Assembly: GCA_017609985.1 (NCBI GenBank)
Contig: JAFCCW010000013.1
Span: 25,520-89,519, forward strand
Reading direction: 5' to 3'
DNA: 64,000 nt
DNA from: Candidatus Iainarchaeum sp.
GTDB lineage: Archaea > Iainarchaeota > Iainarchaeia > Iainarchaeales > JAFCCW01
Below, one piece after another: positions 35,665 through 42,649 of the stretch. Each line of letters begins with the position of its first letter. Position 1 is the stretch's first letter. The notes beneath the pieces were generated by a model that saw only the letters and a program-made list of their open reading frames with translations, did no database searches and had not been told where the DNA came from. A program made the position numbers and the translations under genes.

Positions 35665-36618
35665 TCACTCTTTTAGCATTTCAATAAGAGAAGTATAATC
35701 GCGTCTGTCAAGATGCAGGCGCTTGAACATCAGCATGGAAAACATTTGAGGGGTAAATACGCCGAATTCGCATACAATTCCCTCAATATATTCTCTTTCT
35801 GTGATATCAAAAGCAGGGTTCTCCACTTTCACATTTTTAATCTTTTTATCCCAGACTTCTTCAGACGGGCGTTGCTCTATTTTCTCTTCAACACCATAGT
35901 ATGTCAGCGGGTCAAAGCCATAGCTGGAGGTTGCAACATAGTGCGGTGTTTCCATCTTCTGTGCTGCAAGGCTTATCATTCTTGTTCCAATCTTGTTCAC
36001 TACATCTCCGTCTGCTAGAACAGCGTCTGCTCCTGTGAAAAAATAATCACAGTCTCGCAGATGATTCATGGCTGAACTGTCCACAACAAGCCTGACGGGA
36101 ATTCCCTTCTTTGCTAAATTGCTTGCAGTAATTCTTCCCTGAAATCTTGGTCTTGTTTCAGTGCACACAACAGCCTTGATTTTTTTTTGCCGGTGTGCTT
36201 CTGAGATGATTTCTTCAACCGTGCTTGAATGGCAGTGCGTAAAAACAGTGCTTTCTTTTCTAATAAGTGCAGAGCCGACTTTTGCAATTTTTTTCATGGC
36301 TTGTTCCCTGTTCTGTTCATAATCGTCAATTTTTCTGACAACACTGTTCTTTAATTCCTGATAAGTTTTCTGAGCCTGTGTTGTGTGCAGAACAACACGC
36401 ATTGCAGTTCTTGTCTCTGGTTCGGTTGGTCTGGCAGTCACCAGCTTCCAAATGTTTCTCTTCAGCTCGTTCCTGAAAGCATCAGCAGTTTTTGCCTTGC
36501 TCTCTTGAACAGATTCCCTTATTGCTTTGAGAACAGTCTTCCTTACATTGCTTGCGCCCTGAACCTTAAGGCTCTTGATTCTCTCAACTGCCTTTTTTAC
36601 AACCTTGTCTGCAGACAT
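35665..36618 (-). CDS. eIF-2B alpha/beta/delta family protein, ribose-1,5-bisphosphate isomerase-like
   Basis: 317 aa. IKSLKVQGASNVRK is near the N-terminus, with TGADAVLADGDVVNKIGT in the C-terminal domain. That is the family signature shared by R15P and MTR-1-P isomerases. Confidence 0.7.
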   Translation of the reverse strand: MSADKVVKKAVERIKSLKVQGASNVRKTVLKAIRESVQESKAKTADAFRNELKRNIWKLVTARPTEPETRTAMRVVLHTTQAQKTYQELKNSVVRKIDDYEQNREQAMKKIAKVGSALIRKESTVFTHCHSSTVEEIISEAHRQKKIKAVVCTETRPRFQGRITASNLAKKGIPVRLVVDSSAMNHLRDCDYFFTGADAVLADGDVVNKIGTRMISLAAQKMETPHYVATSSYGFDPLTYYGVEEKIEQRPSEEVWDKKIKNVKVENPAFDITEREYIEGIVCEFGVFTPQMFSMLMFKRLHLDRRDYTSLIEMLKE

Positions 36619-36778
36619 AATGCAAATAGAATGCTTTTTGTGTATAAAAGCTTTTTTCCAAACAGAACTTTTTTATTCCCGCAATATTTCTTTTCCGGTT
36701 TGTTTCCGCGAAACCCTTTTAAATCGTTTTAGTAGGGATTATTTACAGAACTTCTTTACGGGATAGGGGGATTAATTT

Positions 36779-37960
36779 ATGGATGATTTTGTCAAAAAAG
36801 CGCTTAAGAGGGCACAGGGTGCTGAAAAATCTGTTAAGGCAACACAGAAAAAGGAAAAGAAGATTTTAAAGACTTCAAAAAAGGTTCCAAAGGGAGACAA
36901 GGTTGTTTCTCTTAGAAGCGATGAAGATCTTGTAAAACTTCTTGAAACAAGCCAGGCAAAAATTCATGTTGTCGGAATCGGTGGAGGAGGTTGCAACACG
37001 CTTCAGAGAATGACTGAAGTTGGCATAGCTGGAGCAGAAACTTTTGCAGTTAACACTGATGCTCAAGACCTTCTTTCAACAAATTCTGACAGAAAAATGC
37101 TTATTGGAAAAAAGCTAACGCGCGGACTTGGCTCCGGCTCTGACCCACAAGTTGGAGAAGCAGCAGCAAGAGAATCCATTGAAGACCTTAGAGAAGAATT
37201 AGAGGAAAGCGATTTAGTATTCATTACCTGCGGAATGGGTGGCGGAACAGGAACAGGTGCCTCACCAATGGTTGCAGAAATTGCAAAAGAATCCAAGGCT
37301 CTTACAATAGGAGTCGTAACTCTTCCCTTCACTGTAGAGGGAAAGAAGAGAATGGAGAACGCGCTTATGGGACTTCAGGCTCTGAGAAAGAATGCTGACA
37401 CAGTAATTGTTATTCCAAACGACAAAATCCTTGAAATAGCTCCAGACTTGCCCGTTAACGCAGCTTTCAAAGTTGCAGACGAAGTTTTAACAAACGCAGT
37501 TAAGGGAATCACTGAACTTGTTACAAAACCAGGTTTGATTAATCTTGATTTTGCTGACCTGAAAACAATCCTCAAGAGAGGCGGAGCAGCAATGATTGGG
37601 TTGGGAGAAAGCCATTCTTCAGAGGCAAGCGAAACACGTGCTCTTGAAGCTGTTGAAAACGCGCTTACATCCCCCCTCCTTGACGTTGACATAAGCAATG
37701 CAAGCCGTGCATTGGTCAATGTTGTGGGTGGAGCAGACATGACTCTCAGAGAAGCTGAGATGATTGTTGAAACTGTTGGAGCAAAAATCAATCCTGGTGC
37801 TCACATTATTTGGGGTGCAATGGTTGATGAGAATATTCCAAAAAACCAGATTCAAGCAATGGTTGTTGTTGCTGGAGGAAAATTTCCTTATCTTGACGGC
37901 GAAAATCTTGATTTGGACAAAGAAGGGCCTATTGACCTCGGAATCGAGTTCACAGGTTAG
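36779..37960 (+). CDS. ftsZ: cell division protein FtsZ with basic N-terminal extension
   Basis: VVGIGGGGCNTLQRM and the GGGTGTGASPMVAEIAKE tubulin signature. About 50 K-rich residues precede the GTPase domain. Confidence 0.9.
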   Translation: MDDFVKKALKRAQGAEKSVKATQKKEKKILKTSKKVPKGDKVVSLRSDEDLVKLLETSQAKIHVVGIGGGGCNTLQRMTEVGIAGAETFAVNTDAQDLLSTNSDRKMLIGKKLTRGLGSGSDPQVGEAAARESIEDLREELEESDLVFITCGMGGGTGTGASPMVAEIAKESKALTIGVVTLPFTVEGKKRMENALMGLQALRKNADTVIVIPNDKILEIAPDLPVNAAFKVADEVLTNAVKGITELVTKPGLINLDFADLKTILKRGGAAMIGLGESHSSEASETRALEAVENALTSPLLDVDISNASRALVNVVGGADMTLREAEMIVETVGAKINPGAHIIWGAMVDENIPKNQIQAMVVVAGGKFPYLDGENLDLDKEGPIDLGIEFTG

Positions 37961-37988
37961 CTTTTTAAGCAATAGGGAATGATAGGTT

Positions 37989-38165
37989 ATGATGCTGGAC
38001 ATTGGAAAATTTCTTTCTGACTCAAAGCGAGTACTCCTTATTGCTCGAAAACCAGGTTGGGATGAATTCAAGACAATGGCAAAAATAACAGGATTGGGAA
38101 TAATTGTCATTGGAGCAATTGGATTCTTTGTGCTTCTTTTCTTCACGCTGATTGGCTTGAAGTAG
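37989..38165 (+). CDS. secE: protein translocase subunit SecE / Sec61-gamma
   Basis: Below the track cutoff. 58 aa: MMLDIGKFLSDSKRVLLIARKPGWDEFKTMAKITGLGIIVIGAIGFFVLLFFTLIGLK, with a single C-terminal TM. It sits in the conserved position before spt5-L11. Confidence 0.75.
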   Translation: MMLDIGKFLSDSKRVLLIARKPGWDEFKTMAKITGLGIIVIGAIGFFVLLFFTLIGLK

Positions 38166-38173
38166 TTTTTTTT

Positions 38174-38246
38174 CAGGAACAGCCCATGCGACTGAAAGGA
38201 GTGTGGGCTACTTGCCAGCCGAAAGCCACGGCTTAGGATAGTTTTT
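38174..38246 (+). ncRNA. candidate structured small RNA / 3'-trailer element, copy B
   Basis: G+C-rich segment between the T8 after secE and a T6 run. Stems are AGCCCA/TGGGCT (38181-86 / 38204-09) and AGCCG/CGGCT (38216-20 / 38229-33). The loop carries ACTGAAAGGAGT (38191-38202), identical to copy A. Confidence 0.4.
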
Positions 38247-38303
38247 TAATGCTTTATGAAGTCAATTAGTTTACTAATTTCTCCTTTTTGGGGCTGAATT
38301 AAA

Positions 38304-38747
38304 ATGATTTTTCCGGTGAGAACAACAGTTGGGCAGGAAAGCCTTGTGGTAGATATAATTAGCAGTAAGATAAAGGCAGAAGGCCTTAACATTTACTCTA
38401 TTGCTGTTATTCCGGGTCTAAGGGGCTATATGCTCATTGAAGCAGACAATGAAATGACTGTAAGACGTGCAATGACTAATACTCCTCACATTAAGGGCAG
38501 GGGTGTTGTTGGCGGAGGCGAGGTTAAAATTTCCGAGCTTGATTCACTGCTTGAAGCAAAGCCTTTGATGAAGAGCATTAAAGAGGGTCAGAAAGTTCAG
38601 CTTATAAGCGGTCCTTTCAAGAACGAGAAAGCAAAGGTGCTGAGAATTAATGCGCCAAAAGAAGAAGTTACTGTTGAACTGCTTGAAGCAGCTGTAAAGA
38701 TTCCTGTCACTATAAAGGCAGAGCATATCAGGATTTTGAAGGAATAG
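38304..38747 (+). CDS. spt5: transcription elongation factor Spt5 (NusG)
   Basis: MIFPVRTTVGQE opens the NGN domain, followed by KOW motif GQKVQLISGPFKNEKAKVLRI. Confidence 0.85.
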   Translation: MIFPVRTTVGQESLVVDIISSKIKAEGLNIYSIAVIPGLRGYMLIEADNEMTVRRAMTNTPHIKGRGVVGGGEVKISELDSLLEAKPLMKSIKEGQKVQLISGPFKNEKAKVLRINAPKEEVTVELLEAAVKIPVTIKAEHIRILKE

Positions 38748-38772
38748 GAGATAGGAATAAGGAGATGATTTA

Positions 38773-39630
38773 ATGCCTGAGATAAGCGTTTTGGTTGAAG
38801 GAGGCAAGGCTTCTGCTGGTGCTCCGCTTGGTCCAGCTCTTGGTCCTCTTGGAGTAAACATTGGAGAAATTGTCAATTCAATTAATGAAAAAACAAAGAA
38901 TTACAATGGAATGAAGGTTCCAGTAAAAGTTATTGTTGACTCTGGAACAAAAGAGTTTGACATAAAGGTTGGTTCTCCCCCTGCTTCAGCACTTATTAAG
39001 CAAGAGTTAGGAATTGACAAAGCAGCTCAAAATCCAAAAACAGAGGTTGTTGGAAACTTGTCAATGGATCAGGTTGTGAAGATTGCTAAAATGAAAATGG
39101 ATGACCTTGCATCCTCTGAAATAAGAAGTGCTGCAAGGGAAATCATTGGCGCCTGCAATAGCATGGGCGTTACAGTTGACGGAAAAAAAGCAAAAATTGT
39201 CCAGGGCTTAATTGTTGCTGGAAAATATGATTCTGTTCTCGGTGGACCTGTTGTTTCAGATTCTTCTCCTGTTCAGAATGCTATTGCAGAGCAAAAGGCA
39301 GAGGAAAAAGTGAAAGAAGAAGAAGTGAAAACAGAAGAAAAAGAGCAAAAAGAGCAAACCCCTGCTGTTGACACAGAAGCTGATGAAAAAGCAGAGGCTC
39401 TTGCGGAAGGGCCTGTTGAATCTTCAGAATCTAATATTGAACAGGAAGCAGAGGCTTTGATGGAAGAAAAATCTGCTGAACCTGCTGTTGTTGAAGAAGC
39501 AAAGCAGAATATTGAACAGTTAAAAGAGATTGTTGAAGACAATAGTCAAGACAAATCTGAAGAACAGAAAGAGCAGACTAAAGCAGGAGAAAACAAGGCT
39601 AGTGAAGAGAAAAAGCCTAAACCCGAATAA
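38773..39630 (+). CDS. rpl11: 50S ribosomal protein L11 with ~125-aa acidic C-terminal extension
   Basis: GGKASAGAPLGPALGPLGVNIG is the L11 signature. The L11 fold ends near aa 160. A K/E/A-rich low-complexity tail follows. A strong SD (AAGGAGATGA) lies upstream. Confidence 0.9.
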   Translation: MPEISVLVEGGKASAGAPLGPALGPLGVNIGEIVNSINEKTKNYNGMKVPVKVIVDSGTKEFDIKVGSPPASALIKQELGIDKAAQNPKTEVVGNLSMDQVVKIAKMKMDDLASSEIRSAAREIIGACNSMGVTVDGKKAKIVQGLIVAGKYDSVLGGPVVSDSSPVQNAIAEQKAEEKVKEEEVKTEEKEQKEQTPAVDTEADEKAEALAEGPVESSESNIEQEAEALMEEKSAEPAVVEEAKQNIEQLKEIVEDNSQDKSEEQKEQTKAGENKASEEKKPKPE

Positions 39631-39668
39631 TATTTAAAGGTTTCATTTGAAAACTATAATATAGAAGT

Positions 39669-39684
39669 GCTGTTTTTTAACAGC
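39669..39684 (+). terminator. hairpin GCTGTT-TTTT-AACAGC between L11 and L1
   Basis: A 6-bp stem with a T4 loop, read directly. It could separate the L11 transcript from the L1-P0-P1 transcript. Confidence 0.3.
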
Positions 39685-39734
39685 CGTTTACCACTCTCTC
39701 TTCCGATTAGGGATGGGCTGTGGGAGGCAATAAA

Positions 39735-40403
39735 ATGAATGAAAAAGATTTTGTAGATGCACTGAAGCAAATGCGTGATTCCTCAAGGGAGAGGAAGTTC
39801 GAGCAGAGCATAGAGCTTATTGTAAACTTAAAAGGAATTGACTTTAAAAAGTCACAAAATCAGATTGATGAAAAGGTTTCTCTTCCTTTTTCAACAGGCA
39901 AGAGTTCAGGCAAGACAATTATTTTTGTTAAAGACAAAGAGTTTGCTTCCCAGCTTGAAGGCAAGACCGATAAGATAATGATGGAATCTGAAATTCCATC
40001 AATTTCAAAAAAAGATGCTCAGAATCTTGCAATAGAGTATGACCTGCTTTTAGCAGAAGGGCCTGTGATGGTTGCCGTTGGAAAGCATCTTGGACAGATT
40101 TTGGCTCCAAAGGGAAAAATGCCTAAACCTATTTCAAAAAATATTGACGAAGTTGAAAGAATGCTTAAGACTGCTGGAACAACCACAAGAATCACAAACA
40201 AGAAAGGAAAGTTTATGCCAATTATTCAGGTTGTTGTTGGAAAGGAATCAATGGCTGACGAGCAGATTGCAAAAAATGCTATTGCGATTTACAATTCTGT
40301 TCTTTCTGCAGTTCCTTCAAAGCACAACATCAAAAGTGTTATTGTGAAAACAACCATGGGTTCTCCTGTAAAATTGGGTGGAATAAAGGGTGAATCTAAA
40401 TGA
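39735..40403 (+). CDS. rpl1: 50S ribosomal protein L1
   Basis: RERKFEQSIELIVNLKGIDFKK is typical of L1. The start is placed at the ATG (MNEKDF), preceded by GGGAGG; the track start at 39720 is a GTG. Confidence 0.9.
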   Translation: MNEKDFVDALKQMRDSSRERKFEQSIELIVNLKGIDFKKSQNQIDEKVSLPFSTGKSSGKTIIFVKDKEFASQLEGKTDKIMMESEIPSISKKDAQNLAIEYDLLLAEGPVMVAVGKHLGQILAPKGKMPKPISKNIDEVERMLKTAGTTTRITNKKGKFMPIIQVVVGKESMADEQIAKNAIAIYNSVLSAVPSKHNIKSVIVKTTMGSPVKLGGIKGESK

Positions 40404-41464
40404 CTTCACACAATTTTGAATGGAAAAAGAATCAGGTTGAAGAGTTAAAGGCTCTTGTTTCAAACCATGCTGTTGTTGCTGTTGCAGAGCTTGATAGATT
40501 TCCTGCTTCAATGTTTCAAATCCTGAGAAAAGCACTTAAGGGAAAAGCAGTAATGAAGGTTTCAAAAAATCGTGTAATAAAAAAGGCTTTTGAAGATCAG
40601 GGAATTGGAAGCGATTTTCTTGACAAAATATTGGGGAGTGTTGTAGTAATATTTACTGACATGAACCCGTTTGAACTTTATACTTTCATTAAAAAGAATG
40701 AAGGAAAAACTTTTGCTTCGTCTGGAATGATTGCAGAAAATGACATAGTTGTTCCTGCTGGAGACTCTGGTTTGCCTCCTGGCCCTGCGTTGAGTGAATT
40801 AAAGGCAGCAGGAATTAAGACAAAACTAGAGGGTCCAACAATTCAGATTGCAAAAGATTGTGTTGTTACAAAAAAAGGAGAAGTTATTACTCCTGAGGTT
40901 GCGTCTGCTCTGCAAAAACTTGAAATAAAAACTGTTAATGTCAGACTTAACCTTACAAATGCTCTTGAAGGAAAAGATATTTTTGCAAGAGACATTCTTG
41001 ACATCGATACTGAGCAAGTTTTCAATGACTTTGTGTCTGCACACAATAAGGCATTTAATCTTGCATTCAACTCAGGCATTGTTATGCCACAGAATATTGA
41101 ATTGTTTATTGCCAAGGCTTTCACTAATTCAAAGGCCCTTGCTATTGAAGCAGGAATCATGAATAATGAAACAGTCAAGGATCTGCTTGGAAAAGCAAAT
41201 ATTCAGGCTTCTGCATTGAAGTCAATGGTAAAAGAACCAGTGTCTGCAAAGGAAGCAGGAGACGAGGCAAAAGAGGAAGTCAAAGCAGAAGAGAAAGAAG
41301 AGAACAAGGAAGAAGTCAAAGAGGAATCAAAAGAAGAAGCCAAGGACGAAGTTAAGGAAGAACCAAAAGAGGAAGCAGGAAAAGAGGAACCAAAGGAAGA
41401 GCCTAAACCTGATTCCGAGGAAGAGGCTTCTGAAATTCCTGAAAAAACAGAGGAGAAAGCTTAG
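40400..41464 (+). CDS. rplP0: 50S ribosomal protein L10 / acidic stalk protein P0
   Basis: 354 aa, with an ATGA overlap with L1. It has an L10 N-terminal domain and a K/E-rich tail. The tail ends ...EIPEKTEEKA, without the GLxxLFG peptide present in P1. Confidence 0.85.
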   Translation: MTSHNFEWKKNQVEELKALVSNHAVVAVAELDRFPASMFQILRKALKGKAVMKVSKNRVIKKAFEDQGIGSDFLDKILGSVVVIFTDMNPFELYTFIKKNEGKTFASSGMIAENDIVVPAGDSGLPPGPALSELKAAGIKTKLEGPTIQIAKDCVVTKKGEVITPEVASALQKLEIKTVNVRLNLTNALEGKDIFARDILDIDTEQVFNDFVSAHNKAFNLAFNSGIVMPQNIELFIAKAFTNSKALAIEAGIMNNETVKDLLGKANIQASALKSMVKEPVSAKEAGDEAKEEVKAEEKEENKEEVKEESKEEAKDEVKEEPKEEAGKEEPKEEPKPDSEEEASEIPEKTEEKA

Positions 41465-41499
41465 CAGTTTATTAATTTGCTAAAACCGAGGTGAACGAA

Positions 41500-41814
41500 A
41501 TGGAATATGTATATAGCGCAATGCTTTTGCATTCTGCCAAAAAGGAAGTCACCGAGGAAGCTGTAACCAGTATACTCAAGTCAGCAGGTGTTGAAGTCGA
41601 TGCTGCAAGAGTAAAGGCATTGGTTGCATCTCTCAAGGACGTCAACATTGACGAAGCAATTGAGAAAGCAGTTGTAGCAGCACCTGTTGCAGCAGCACCA
41701 GCAGCTTCTGGAGGCGCACCAGCAGAAGGCGGAGCAGCCGAAGAAAAAGAAGAGAAAGAAGAAGGAAAAACTGAAGAAGAGGCAGCAGAGGGACTTAGTT
41801 CACTATTCGGCTGA
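41500..41814 (+). CDS. rpl12: 50S ribosomal stalk protein P1 (L12e)
   Basis: [22 protein letters not shown]... ending [23 protein letters not shown] lies 5 nt upstream of the ATG at 41500; the track start at 41491 is a GTG. Confidence 0.9.
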   Translation: MEYVYSAMLLHSAKKEVTEEAVTSILKSAGVEVDAARVKALVASLKDVNIDEAIEKAVVAAPVAAAPAASGGAPAEGGAAEEKEEKEEGKTEEEAAEGLSSLFG

Positions 41815-41911
41815 ATCCCAGCCTCATTTTTCTTATTTTTTTCCATAATTTTTAGCTTTCAGCTACTGCTTCTGAAGAAAGTCTTTTATTTTTAGAACCC
41901 CTATTTTTTTA

Positions 41912-42526
41912 ATGCTTCCAAAACCAAAGAATCATAGGCACAGGATTGTTCATCTTGGAAATATTGGGGTGTTTTCTCCTGGAAGCAGAGGGAGAGAAGT
42001 GCCCCTTCAAAGAAGCTTTGATGTTGCAAGGCGGCATCCTAATTGGAAAGTAATTGGCATTGATCATAAAGAAATAGGTGAACGGGAACAAGAAATTCCT
42101 GACACTTCTGGAAATGGAAAAATTCGGTTGAAAGATTTTCATGGAGACAATCTTCCTGAAAACTGGCAGCAAATTACTGCTGATTTTGAAGAAGGCCTGG
42201 CACAGCTTGAAGATTCTTCAATAACCCTTGTAAGTTCTGACATTGCATTAGGACACTATAGTGGCAGAAAAAATCCAAGCGAAGAAATTCAGAAATACAC
42301 TGCTCGTGTTCTTAATCTGGCTCATGACAAATTAATGAAGGGCGGAAGGCTAACTGTTCTTGTTGGTAATTCTTCGCTTGAAATTATGGAAAGAGCTTTG
42401 TCAAATTCAAGCTTTAGAAAAAAGTACAAAATAATAAAAGCATCTCCTGCTGAAATAAAGCGTTCTTACTGGGCAAGGAGAATGTCTGATTCTCAAACAA
42501 TTTGGAGAATTACTGCAAAAAAATAA
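41912..42526 (+). CDS. hypothetical protein, class I methyltransferase-fold-like
   Basis: VIGIDHKE, ITLVSSDIALGHY and LMKGGRLTVLV resemble MTase motifs II-IV. The glycine-rich motif I is degenerate (HLGNIGVFSPG). Confidence 0.4.
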   Translation: MLPKPKNHRHRIVHLGNIGVFSPGSRGREVPLQRSFDVARRHPNWKVIGIDHKEIGEREQEIPDTSGNGKIRLKDFHGDNLPENWQQITADFEEGLAQLEDSSITLVSSDIALGHYSGRKNPSEEIQKYTARVLNLAHDKLMKGGRLTVLVGNSSLEIMERALSNSSFRKKYKIIKASPAEIKRSYWARRMSDSQTIWRITAKK

Positions 42527-42649
42527 TTTGTGATTTAAAAAAAATTGCCTGTTGCTCTTTTCAAATCAATTGTTTTTGGTTTTCAAGGTTTTTTTTTTCG
42601 TTCCAAAGCAATCTATTTAAACCCTGCTTCTGTTATATTAAAGATTCAA

